DNA of 45,016 bases, taken from Planctomycetota bacterium. Lineage in GTDB: Bacteria > Planctomycetota > Planctomycetia > Pirellulales > Lacipirellulaceae. A program made the position numbers and the translations under genes. Under the pieces are notes generated by a model, which saw nothing but the letters and a program-made list of their open reading frames with translations, ran no database searches and was not told where the DNA came from. Below, in pieces: positions 25,856 through 35,018 of this stretch. The first letter of the stretch is position 1. Each line of letters begins with the position of its first letter. The stretch is taken from assembly GCA_039190745.1 (NCBI GenBank), contig JBCCXZ010000028.1, forward strand, positions 1 through 45,016, given 5' to 3'.

Positions 25856-27022
25856 TTGGCGGCGCCCCTCAGCGAGTACATCCAGAACAGCGCGATCGCG
25901 TTCCGCGGCTACAACGTCACGAACCTCGGACGCACGAAAGAACTCTTGCGGGTCGAAGCTTACGGCCCGATCCTCCAAGAGGAACTCGCCCGGTTCTCGG
26001 CCATCTGCACCGGGCAGACTGCCGGCAAGGTCGACCTCGAGCGACGCGTGCTCGAAGACGATGAACCCGGCCTCAAATTCTACTCAGAGTCGATCGCCCT
26101 GGTCGTGGCGGTCGAGGTTGCTCAACTCCGTCTGCTCTCGGAGGTTCACGGAGTCGACCACGGCCAAGCACGCCACTACATGGGCTACAGCCTGGGAGAG
26201 TTGACCGCCCTAGGCGCCGCCGGCGTTTTTGATGTTGGGCAACTACTCCGCGTTCCATTGGAACTAGCCCACGACTGCGCGGAGCTGGCAGACAGCGCGA
26301 CAATGGGGGTCCTCTTTTCACGCGGCCCCGCGATCGGTGAAGAAGAGATCGCGGGGCTGTGCCGCGAGGTGACCGCTCAAGGCAGCGGAACGATTGGCGT
26401 CTCTGCCGTTCTCTCTCCCAACACGTACCTCTTAATCGGGCAGGGCGACACACTCGACCGCTTCAAAACCGCGATGCGTGGCGTGCTGCCCCAGTGTACG
26501 CACCTCCGCAAGAACGACCATCGGTGGCCGCCCCTCCACACGCCGATCGTGCGTCAGATTAACGTGCCGGACCGCGCCTCGGTTCTGCTTGAGAAGGTGG
26601 TCCGTAGCAGCACCCCGTCCAACCCTAGCGTGCTGTCACTCGTCACCGGGAAACCCTGCTACACAGACCACCGCTCCCACGACGTCCTCCGCATGTGGAC
26701 CGACCATCCCCAACGTCTCTGGGACGGCGTGTACGAAACGCTCGCCGCGGGCGTCGGCGCCGTGATCCACGTAGGGCCAGCCCCAAACGTGATCCCCAGC
26801 ACGTTCAACCGGCTGGCCGACAACGTCTCTCAGCAAGTCAACGATGGCTCTTGGAAGGGCCTGGGCATGCGCGCCGTCTCGGGCATTGCTCACAGGCCTT
26901 GGCTGGCGGCCATCACACCCACGCGCGCTGCCTTGCTACGCGCACCCGCCGTACGCCAGATAATCCTGGAAGACTGGCTAATCGAGGCCGCCCGCGACAA
27001 AGATTCCCTCCCGGCCGCGTGA
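25856..27022 (+). CDS. FabD-like stand-alone acyltransferase (atypical)
   Basis: Nucleophile elbow GYSLGE, catalytic His region PPLHT, HVGP motif. It deviates from canonical FabD (see findings). Confidence 0.75.
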   Translation: MAAPLSEYIQNSAIAFRGYNVTNLGRTKELLRVEAYGPILQEELARFSAICTGQTAGKVDLERRVLEDDEPGLKFYSESIALVVAVEVAQLRLLSEVHGVDHGQARHYMGYSLGELTALGAAGVFDVGQLLRVPLELAHDCAELADSATMGVLFSRGPAIGEEEIAGLCREVTAQGSGTIGVSAVLSPNTYLLIGQGDTLDRFKTAMRGVLPQCTHLRKNDHRWPPLHTPIVRQINVPDRASVLLEKVVRSSTPSNPSVLSLVTGKPCYTDHRSHDVLRMWTDHPQRLWDGVYETLAAGVGAVIHVGPAPNVIPSTFNRLADNVSQQVNDGSWKGLGMRAVSGIAHRPWLAAITPTRAALLRAPAVRQIILEDWLIEAARDKDSLPAA

Positions 27023-27307
27023 AGGTTGTATGAAAAACCTTGACGCAGAACGGCATCTCCGGCCATAACTTTCCAGTTGATGCCGATACGCTCTGCGACC
27101 TGGGGATCGCGAGGGCGCCGGCAAGCCGAAACGGGTCGCCTGCCCGCGTTTCGTCAACTTCTTTTCCGGCATGCGAACTCGACGCCTCTGCACTCAAGCG
27201 TGCTCACTGGAGCACGCCGATGTACTCGTCCGCGACCGGACCGGTACGCGCGTGAATCGACGGTTCTCTGTGATTGCTCGACAGTTCTACGCAGGAGGAA
27301 TACAAGC

Positions 27308-28849
27308 ATGAGACAATGGCATTGTTGGGGAGTTCTTGCGTTCTGTGCCAGCTTTGCTTTGGTCACGGCCAATAACACCCAGGCCCAACCGACTTACTCG
27401 ATCGACTTTCAAGGGCCGACAGCGTCGCCGCTCGGCCCGAGCGTCTCGGACGCCGATATCCTGACCCCCGCCGGCGCGGGCGTCGCCCCTCCACCGGCCG
27501 TGGTCATACCAGCGGGCCCCGGCTTTGGGACTCTAGGAATCACCGGTGTGGGGATCCATGAGGGGCGAGAGCTAGACGCCCTATCCTATGGCCTCGATGG
27601 GCGGTTCTTCCGCGATGAGTTTGTTGCCCTGCCGCTATTCCCTGAGGAGTCTGAGCGTCAGAGTTGGACATTCTCCGTAGACGAATTCGCCTCGGGAATC
27701 CCTAACCCGTCTCCGTCGGTCTTCACGGAGGGGGCAACCGGTGCGGGTGAGGCCTCTGCAGACGTCTTCCGTGCCACGACACTGCCCGGCGGCCTACCGT
27801 TCGTGCCGCTGCCCCCGGGCGCCAACACGGGAGTGTTTGACGGAAACGGCGGGGCAACCCCATTCGCGGCTCCCGGCCTGAATCTGGTCGAGCCGAACAC
27901 GCCCACGCTGTCTTCGCTGCCGGATCAAGGAGACAACCTCGACGCTTGGGACATCGATACCCCCGTGTTTCGCTTCGAACTGGCAACCACGGTCTACTAC
28001 TCACTCGATTCGTCCTACGGCGACCCCTTGGAGACCTTCCCAGCAAACACCGGGACGGCAGTTGCGAACGGGTTCGTCGGAGGCGATGTCTTGGTCACCG
28101 ACACAATCGCTCCCGTGCCGACCCCCATGCTCTACGCTGATTCGCGGCTGTTGGGGCTCAACGGCGGTGTCTTCAACCCCGATGTGCAAGCCGAAGACGG
28201 CGACGACCTCGACGCGCTCGTCCTTTGGGAAAACGGCGACGGCGTTTACAGCCCAACAACCGGCCCCTACAGCTGGGTCGATGGCGAGACGGATATGCTG
28301 CTGTACTCCGTTCGGCGCAACTCCTCGATCGTGATTACGCCCACCCTCGACGCACTCGGATCGGGTCTGGAAATCACCGAGGGCGATATCCTAATCCCCG
28401 TCGAGACCGCGCCGGGCGTGTTTGAACCGGGCATCTTCATCAATGCCGAAGCCTTAGGGCTCAGCACGGTCCGTTCCGGGAGCGGGACGCCCTACCCATT
28501 CCCGAACCCTCGGTTCGAGGGGCAAGAAATCTGGGACGACGACCTCGACGGCTTGGATGTCGAGGTGCTCGATTTAACAGCCGACGCCGACGGGGACGGG
28601 GATGTCGACGTGGCCGACGTGCTGGCGTGGCAGCGCGGCTTCGGGAGCGTGCCGCCGCCTGTCCCGGGCGTCCCCGACGGGAACTTCGACTTCGACCTCG
28701 ATGTCGATGGCGACGACTTGTCAGTCTGGACCAGCCAGTTCGGGCTCGGCGCTCTCCCGGTCGCCGCGACGACGCCAGTGCCTGAGCCCGCTGTTTGGGC
28801 GCTGGCAAGCACGCTGCTGCTGGCCGCTTCCGCGGCCCGCCGTCGCTAG
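27308..28849 (+). CDS. PEP-CTERM surface protein with Asp-rich repeats and a dockerin-like Ca-binding module
   Basis: Signal peptide and RBS AGGAGG; DADGDGDVDVADV and GNFDFDLDVDGDDL loops; C-terminal VPEP, TM segment and RRR. Confidence 0.88.
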   Translation: MRQWHCWGVLAFCASFALVTANNTQAQPTYSIDFQGPTASPLGPSVSDADILTPAGAGVAPPPAVVIPAGPGFGTLGITGVGIHEGRELDALSYGLDGRFFRDEFVALPLFPEESERQSWTFSVDEFASGIPNPSPSVFTEGATGAGEASADVFRATTLPGGLPFVPLPPGANTGVFDGNGGATPFAAPGLNLVEPNTPTLSSLPDQGDNLDAWDIDTPVFRFELATTVYYSLDSSYGDPLETFPANTGTAVANGFVGGDVLVTDTIAPVPTPMLYADSRLLGLNGGVFNPDVQAEDGDDLDALVLWENGDGVYSPTTGPYSWVDGETDMLLYSVRRNSSIVITPTLDALGSGLEITEGDILIPVETAPGVFEPGIFINAEALGLSTVRSGSGTPYPFPNPRFEGQEIWDDDLDGLDVEVLDLTADADGDGDVDVADVLAWQRGFGSVPPPVPGVPDGNFDFDLDVDGDDLSVWTSQFGLGALPVAATTPVPEPAVWALASTLLLAASAARRR

Positions 28850-28874
28850 GCTGAACAGCTTGACAGTTGAGCTC

Positions 28875-28909
28875 AACGCGGCGCGTTGGTCATGCCGACG
28901 CGCCGCGTT
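28875..28909. terminator. Strong hairpin between convergent genes (probable intrinsic terminator)
   Basis: AACGCGGCGCGTTGG-TCATG-CCGACGCGCCGCGTT, a 15-bp stem with one G:T pair; the + strand continues TGTT. Confidence 0.7.
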
Positions 28910-28911
28910 TG

Positions 28912-30552
28912 TTACTCCACTGCCGCTTCCGGAACGCCCGCTTCAAGCGACGGCAAACGGTAGCAAGCGGCTTCCGCGGCATTACGCACTAAGAGCCGAT
29001 CGCCCGACACAGCAGGATTGTTCCAAGTGACCTGATCGGAGTCGAGCGCCTGGAAAGACGCGCGCTCTGCGTATCCCTTCGCGCTCGCTTCGATGAGCAC
29101 AACTTCTCCCGACTCGGTCAGGATGAGTATGTTTGGACCCAAAAGCAGCAACTGGCCGTGCCCCACCGGCGGGCGTCGGCGTTTCTTCCACTGACGCTTC
29201 CCGGTCTCGAGGCTGATGCACTCCACATTGCCGCCGTCTAGACCGAACACATGCCCGCCGCTCACGACGACGTTGCTCATCTTGGTCTTCATAGTCGTCC
29301 GTTTCCACAACGTCGTCGTCTTCCACTCTCCGCCTACTTTATCGACTTCTAGTAGCTCGCAACCGACGCCGTAACCCTTTGAAAGAAACACCCTGTCGCC
29401 GCCCACGGGCACGGGCTGCGAACTCGAAGCGTTGCTGTCTGAGTTGCCCGGCCAGGGGTGCTCCCACAGCACCTCGCCCGTCTCGGCCTCGTGAGACGTG
29501 AGAAACTCCTCATTGACGACGACTACCTGCCGGATCCCCCCGAATTCGCACAAAATCGGGGAAGCGTACGAAGCACGATGCTCGCCCGACGCCCAGCGGA
29601 TATCTCCGGCCTCCAACTCATAGGCAACGAGTGAAGCATTTGGGGCGCCAACGCTGACCACGATAACGTCGTCCACGATCAGTGGCGAGGTCGCCTTGCC
29701 CCATGTGAGATTCTCAATCCCATACTGCTCAAAAGTGTCGTGGCTCCAGAGCCGCTCACCAGTGCGTGCGTCCAAGCACTTCACAACGCCTGTTGCCCCG
29801 TGCGTGTAGACGCGGCCTTCGTGGATGGTCGGCGTCGCCCGCGGCCCGATGCCGCCGTAGGCCCCGGGCCCGATTGGGTCCCAACGCACCGGTTCCGCGT
29901 CTGACCATACAAGTCGACCTTCTCCATGGCCCGATTCGATCCGATAGCACGTTACCAACTCCTGTTCGCCGCGTTGCTCTTGGGTAACCGCGTAGTCGCC
30001 CACCACGGCGAACCCAGACCAACCCGCGCCGATCGGTCGCCGCCACAACTCATCGGGGGGGCGTTCGTCCCACTTGGGGTCCAGTGAATCAGCGCTCGCT
30101 TCGGCCCAATAACCATTACCCAAGAACCGCGGGTAATCCGTGGGCTTGGGGTCCCAGTCCGCGGCCTCCTTCGCAGTTTCAGGCACTCGAAGCAGTTCGT
30201 CCGCCTCGGGAGACCATCGCCAACGCCAGCCACGGACTGCGCCGTCGCCATCGTTGATCAACTCGACCGGCCCCACGGGCGGCCCCAAGAGCATCAGACA
30301 CCACGGAGCGAAGGCGACCCAAAACCTGCGACGCCGGCTCAGGCTCGACCGGGTCGCAACCCACAACGACACGCCCGCGAGCGCGAGGAGCGCCGAGAAT
30401 AGTACTGCGTAGACCTTGTAGTCGCGTGTGATGTCCCTTGTGCAAACAAAAAAACACACAACGGACAACAGGCCGACCCAAGCAATCGGAGCCGCAGCAC
30501 GCATAGGCTGCGGCGATTCGCCCGCGTCGGTGGCAGTACTGTCGGAAGACAT
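28912..30552 (-). CDS. PQQ-binding-like beta-propeller (BamB-like) protein with N-terminal TM helices
   Basis: YPRFLG, LWRRPIGAGWSG, GPRATPTI, ASYASP, TWNNPAV..RLLVRN. This is a typical planctomycete expanded family. Confidence 0.88.
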   Translation of the reverse strand: MSSDSTATDAGESPQPMRAAAPIAWVGLLSVVCFFVCTRDITRDYKVYAVLFSALLALAGVSLWVATRSSLSRRRRFWVAFAPWCLMLLGPPVGPVELINDGDGAVRGWRWRWSPEADELLRVPETAKEAADWDPKPTDYPRFLGNGYWAEASADSLDPKWDERPPDELWRRPIGAGWSGFAVVGDYAVTQEQRGEQELVTCYRIESGHGEGRLVWSDAEPVRWDPIGPGAYGGIGPRATPTIHEGRVYTHGATGVVKCLDARTGERLWSHDTFEQYGIENLTWGKATSPLIVDDVIVVSVGAPNASLVAYELEAGDIRWASGEHRASYASPILCEFGGIRQVVVVNEEFLTSHEAETGEVLWEHPWPGNSDSNASSSQPVPVGGDRVFLSKGYGVGCELLEVDKVGGEWKTTTLWKRTTMKTKMSNVVVSGGHVFGLDGGNVECISLETGKRQWKKRRRPPVGHGQLLLLGPNILILTESGEVVLIEASAKGYAERASFQALDSDQVTWNNPAVSGDRLLVRNAAEAACYRLPSLEAGVPEAAVE

Positions 30553-30688
30553 GACTAAGAAATGTAGAACCACGCAGTGCAGGGGGCAACCGACGCGGGC
30601 TCACTCAGTTGCGACCGGCTCTCGCGAAGACTAAAAAACAATTGAGAGCTCTCCAGAAAAGTCCTGCCGCATTTCCCCCGGCCCCCAA

Positions 30689-31477
30689 ATGCCGTCTTCG
30701 TCAAAGCCACCTGAGACCGACGCCTGGGCAGTGGTTACGGGCAGCAGCTCGGGCATCGGTCGAGCAACAGCGGTCGCCCTCGCCCAGTCCGGCTGGAACG
30801 TCTCAATCCACGCCCGCCAAAACAACGGCGGGCTTGAAGAGACGTCGGCGGCGATTCGATCCCACGGCGTCGCCTGCGATTCGATCTTGTGCGACATCGC
30901 CAAGAGCGACGACTGTGATGCCCTCGTGGACCAGGCCTTCCGCCGCGGCCCCGTGCGGGCATGGTTCAACAACGCCGGCGCCGATGTGCTCACAGGTCAC
31001 GCCGCGGACTGGGATTTTGATGCCAAGCTCCAACAACTCTGGCGGGTCGACGTACTCGGGACCATCCGGCTCAGCCGCCTCGTGGGCGATCGCATGAAAA
31101 CCCAAGGCGGCGGCGTGATCCTCAATATGGGTTGGGACCAGGCCGAAACCGGCATGGCCGGCGACAGCGGCGAATACTTTGCGGCCGCCAAGGGAGCCGT
31201 CATGTCGTTCTCTCGGAGCTTAGCCCGTTCGCTCGCTCCGACCGTCCGCGTCAACTGCCTCGCCCCCGGCTGGATACGCACCGCTTGGTCGGGTGAAGCC
31301 TCAGGCTACTGGCTCGAGCGGGGCCGGACCGAGTCCCAACTCGACCGTTGGGGGACTCCCGAGGATGTTGCAGCCGCCGCCGTCTTCCTGGCGTCTGACC
31401 AAGCGTCGTTCATCCACGGGCAAACCATACGCGTCAACGGCGGGTGGCGGGGCGCAGCGACCGCTCGGGAGCCCTAG
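30689..31477 (+). CDS. Short-chain dehydrogenase/reductase with a non-canonical active site; first gene of the H4MPT operon
   Basis: TGSSSGIG, NNAG, VRVNCLAPGWIRT. The active-site segment reads EYFAAAK. Confidence 0.88.
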   Translation: MPSSSKPPETDAWAVVTGSSSGIGRATAVALAQSGWNVSIHARQNNGGLEETSAAIRSHGVACDSILCDIAKSDDCDALVDQAFRRGPVRAWFNNAGADVLTGHAADWDFDAKLQQLWRVDVLGTIRLSRLVGDRMKTQGGGVILNMGWDQAETGMAGDSGEYFAAAKGAVMSFSRSLARSLAPTVRVNCLAPGWIRTAWSGEASGYWLERGRTESQLDRWGTPEDVAAAAVFLASDQASFIHGQTIRVNGGWRGAATAREP

Positions 31478-32914
31478 GTGAACCAGCGGGAACACATCCA
31501 CTTCGTCACCGGTAGGCTGGCAGAACGCGGCCTGCGGCAAGTGCTCGAACCGCTCGCGGCCGAGGCCGGGTTCGATTTTTCGTTGCAGGTGATGCCCATC
31601 ACCGTGGCGGCGTTGATGACCCCCGAGTGGATCGCCCGACGACTCGAACTCCCCCCCGACGCCACCCGTCTCATCCTCCCCGGCTATTGCGACCGCGACC
31701 TCCAGCCGCTGAACGAACGGGCCTCCGTCCCCGTCGAGATCGGTCCACGCGACTTCCGCAGGCTGCCGCAACACTTCTCTCGCGAACCCCAGCCCAGCGA
31801 ATACGGCGCGTGGGATATTGAGATCATCGCCGAGATCAACCACTGCCCGCGGCTGCCGCTCGACGAGATCCTGGCTGTCGCGAATCGCTACTCCTCCGCT
31901 GGGGCAGACATCATCGATGTCGGCTGCGAGCCGGGCGACGCATGGCCCGGACTCGGCGACGCCGTCCGGGCACTCGTCGACGCCGGGCATGCTGTGTCGG
32001 TCGACAGCATGAACCCCCGAGAGATCGCCGATGCGGCCCACGCCGGAGCGAGCCTGGTGCTCAGCGTCAACTCGTCCAACCGAGAAGCGGCACTCGACTG
32101 GGGCCTCGAAGCCGTGGTCGTGCCGGACGACCCCAAGACGCTCACCGGCTTGGACGACACGATCGAACTGCTCGCTAAGAACTCGGTCCCGCTGCGGATT
32201 GACCCGATCCTCGAGCCGATCGGCTTCGGCTTCGCCCAGAGCCTCGGGCGGTACCTGTCGGTACGCCAACGCTACCCCGACGCAGAAATGATGATGGGCG
32301 TCGGCAACCTTACCGAGCTCACCGACGCCGATTCGGCCGGCATCAACACGCTGCTCCTAGGCTTCTGCCAGGAAACGGGCATCCGCAGCATCCTCACGAC
32401 CGAGGTCATCAACTGGGCACGAACAAGCGTCCAAGAGTGCGACCGTGCACGCCGCCTAGTCTACCACGCCGCAAACCAGGGCGTTCCACCGAAGCACCTC
32501 GAGCCGGGGCTGCTCATGCTCCGCGACGCCGCAGTCACCGAACCCACAACAACCGAGATCGCAGCGCTCGCCGCAGACGTACGCGACAACAACTATCGGG
32601 TCTTCACCTCGGGGGGAGAAGTCCACCTTGTCGGCGGCGGGCTGCATCTCCACGACCAAGACCCGTTCGCCGTCATGGAGGCCCTCCGCCATTCCGGCCC
32701 CGACGGGGCCCTGCCCAAGAACCTTGACGCCGGACACGCTTTCTACCTCGGCTACGAGGCGTGCAAAGCGGCCACGGCCATCACGCTCGGCAAGCAGTAC
32801 GAGCAAGACGAGGCACTCGATTGGGGACTCGCAACCCGGCCAGAATCGCGGCGCCTGCTCCGCAAGCGCGGCCTCGGAAGGAAGGGCGACGGAGCGAAGG
32901 GGGGCGACTCGTGA
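31478..32914 (+). CDS. Dihydropteroate synthase-like methanopterin biosynthesis protein (Orf20/DUF6513-DUF4346 type)
   Basis: HFVTGRLAE, ITVAALMT, pterin-binding barrel GADIIDVGC..SVDS, MMGVGNLTELTDADSAG, HAFYLGYE..KA...LGKQYEQDEALDWG. Confidence 0.85.
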   Translation: MNQREHIHFVTGRLAERGLRQVLEPLAAEAGFDFSLQVMPITVAALMTPEWIARRLELPPDATRLILPGYCDRDLQPLNERASVPVEIGPRDFRRLPQHFSREPQPSEYGAWDIEIIAEINHCPRLPLDEILAVANRYSSAGADIIDVGCEPGDAWPGLGDAVRALVDAGHAVSVDSMNPREIADAAHAGASLVLSVNSSNREAALDWGLEAVVVPDDPKTLTGLDDTIELLAKNSVPLRIDPILEPIGFGFAQSLGRYLSVRQRYPDAEMMMGVGNLTELTDADSAGINTLLLGFCQETGIRSILTTEVINWARTSVQECDRARRLVYHAANQGVPPKHLEPGLLMLRDAAVTEPTTTEIAALAADVRDNNYRVFTSGGEVHLVGGGLHLHDQDPFAVMEALRHSGPDGALPKNLDAGHAFYLGYEACKAATAITLGKQYEQDEALDWGLATRPESRRLLRKRGLGRKGDGAKGGDS

Positions 32915-34317
32915 ACGACCCCTTTCCGCTCGTCGAAGAGCTGCCTTCGAGGCTCACGCCCGTCGATGCATTCGTCAGGCTGTCCACATTGCCGCGTATC
33001 CAGTTCCTGGACAGCGCGATGCCAGACCCTGAGATCGGCCGGTACAGCTTCGTGGTCGCCGATCCATTCCAATGGCATCGATTCGACGAGCCCCGGCTGG
33101 ATTCACTTGCTGCTGTGGAAGCCTGTTGGCGCAACTTCGAGCCGCACACCACGGCCGTAGAAGACCTGCCCCCGCTGCAGGGAGGAGTCGTCGGCGTTCT
33201 CGGCTACGAGTTCGGCCGAGCCATCGAGCCGCACCAACCTGCGCGGGTCAACGACTTTCCCTTCCCAGCACTCGCCTGCGGATTCTACGACACGGTTATC
33301 GCATTCGACCATGAGAAAGGCCGCTCATGGATCGTGTCTCAAGGGTTCCCTGAACTCGATTCCGAAAGGCGTGCCGAACGTGCCGCTCAACGGATCGCTA
33401 CTTTCCGAGAGCTTCTGACAACGCGCCCCAGGTCGAGACCGACACCGTCATCTCCCGCATACAGGACCGATCCGGAGTGCAACGTCACGCTGGGCAACCA
33501 CGCCGTCTCCAGCAGCCTCTCAGAGGAGGACTACCTCGCGATGGTCGAGCGGGGCGTCGAGCACATCCGCAACGGGGACGTGTTCCAGGTCAACCTTGCG
33601 CAGAGGCTCCTCACCCCCGCCGCGGACGACGCGGTCTCGATGTACCTGCGGCTCCGAGAACGAAACCCCGCGCCGTACGCCGCTTTTGCCGACCTCGGCG
33701 ATATCCAAGTCGCGAGCGCGTCTCCAGAGTCGTTCCTCCGACTGGACGGTAGCACAGTTGAAACCCGCCCTATCAAAGGAACGCGGAGCCGGATCGGGCG
33801 CCCGGAAGCCGACCTCTTTTCGGGGACCGACCTCTCGGTCAGCGAGAAAGACCGGGCCGAGAACGTCATGATCGTCGACCTCCTCCGCAACGACCTCTCC
33901 CGGACGTGCGTCCCCGAGAGCATCCACGTCCCCAGGCTCTGCGGGCTGGAGCAGTACGCCTTCGTCCAGCACCTAGTCTCGACGGTGCGGGGCGAACTCC
34001 GGCCGGGGCAGACGCCGTTCGACCTGCTGCGGACCTGCTTCCCCGGCGGCTCGATCACCGGGGCCCCCAAGCCGCGGGCGATGCAGATCATCGCCCAACT
34101 CGAACCAACACGCCGAGGGGCTTACTGCGGCTCGCTCTTCTACCTAGGCTTTAACGGTCGGATGGACAGCAGTATCCTCATCCGAACGCTCACCGCGAGC
34201 GGCGGCTGGTGGCAGCTCCCCGCCGGCGGCGGGATCGTCTCTCAATCCGACCCCCGCGACGAGTACCGAGAAACCTGGCACAAGGCTCGAGGGCTGCTCG
34301 AATCACTAAAGCCCTGA
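32911..34317 (+). CDS. pabB: Aminodeoxychorismate synthase component I
   Basis: RPIKGT (the Lys is typical of PabB, whereas TrpE has PIAGT), EKDRAENVMIVDLLRNDL, FPGGSITGAPK. GTGA overlap with the orf20-like gene; pterin-pathway context. Confidence 0.88.
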   Translation: MNDPFPLVEELPSRLTPVDAFVRLSTLPRIQFLDSAMPDPEIGRYSFVVADPFQWHRFDEPRLDSLAAVEACWRNFEPHTTAVEDLPPLQGGVVGVLGYEFGRAIEPHQPARVNDFPFPALACGFYDTVIAFDHEKGRSWIVSQGFPELDSERRAERAAQRIATFRELLTTRPRSRPTPSSPAYRTDPECNVTLGNHAVSSSLSEEDYLAMVERGVEHIRNGDVFQVNLAQRLLTPAADDAVSMYLRLRERNPAPYAAFADLGDIQVASASPESFLRLDGSTVETRPIKGTRSRIGRPEADLFSGTDLSVSEKDRAENVMIVDLLRNDLSRTCVPESIHVPRLCGLEQYAFVQHLVSTVRGELRPGQTPFDLLRTCFPGGSITGAPKPRAMQIIAQLEPTRRGAYCGSLFYLGFNGRMDSSILIRTLTASGGWWQLPAGGGIVSQSDPRDEYRETWHKARGLLESLKP

Positions 34318-34326
34318 CCGCGATAC

Positions 34327-34992
34327 ATGATCCTGCTGATCGACAACTACGACAGCTTCGTGTTCAACCTTGCCCGCTATTTGCAGAAGCTGGGGCAAGA
34401 GGTGGCCGTCGTCCGGAACGACGCGGTTGATCTCGGCGCCATAGAGAGCAAGCCTCCGGCCGCAATCGTGCTCTCTCCCGGGCCGGGTGCCCCGCGGGAT
34501 GCCGGGTCCTCGCTAGAACTCGTCCGGCGTCTCGCCCTCGATGTCCCCATCCTCGGGGTTTGTCTCGGGCACCAAACCATCGCCGCTGCCTTCGGAGCCG
34601 CGGTGGTTCGGTCGGGCAACCCGATGCACGGCCGGACCTCCGCCATTGAGCATACCGGTGGCGGCGTCTTCGCGGGCGTCCCCAACCCGGTCACAGCCTG
34701 CCGCTACCACTCACTTATCGTCGAGGAATCGACGCTGCCGCCAGACCTCGTGCCTACGGCATGGGCAACGGACGGGACGCTCATGGCACTACGGCACCGT
34801 TCGCTGCCGCTGGTCGGAGTGCAGTTCCACCCAGAAGCCGTGCTCACCGAACACGGGTACCGCCTGCTACACAACTTTCTGACGATCTCCGGCATCGCGG
34901 TCGCGGCCGAACCCGACCTGCTGCAGTCCTCCGAGGCCGCAGGCTCCGAACGTCGCGAAACGCCTCTCCCGGCCGGGCCCGTCACCTTCTAA
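34327..34992 (+). CDS. pabA: Glutamine amidotransferase, aminodeoxychorismate synthase component II
   Basis: IDNYDSF, SPGPG, GVCLGHQ, RYHSL, QFHPE. Confidence 0.88.
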   Translation: MILLIDNYDSFVFNLARYLQKLGQEVAVVRNDAVDLGAIESKPPAAIVLSPGPGAPRDAGSSLELVRRLALDVPILGVCLGHQTIAAAFGAAVVRSGNPMHGRTSAIEHTGGGVFAGVPNPVTACRYHSLIVEESTLPPDLVPTAWATDGTLMALRHRSLPLVGVQFHPEAVLTEHGYRLLHNFLTISGIAVAAEPDLLQSSEAAGSERRETPLPAGPVTF

Positions 34993-35018
34993 CAACCCCA
35001 CCCAGGCACGCCCCCAAC

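Noticed and set aside
32911..34992. trpE/trpG assignment
   Set aside because: The PIKGT motif and methanopterin context favour pabB/pabA, and no other trp genes are nearby.
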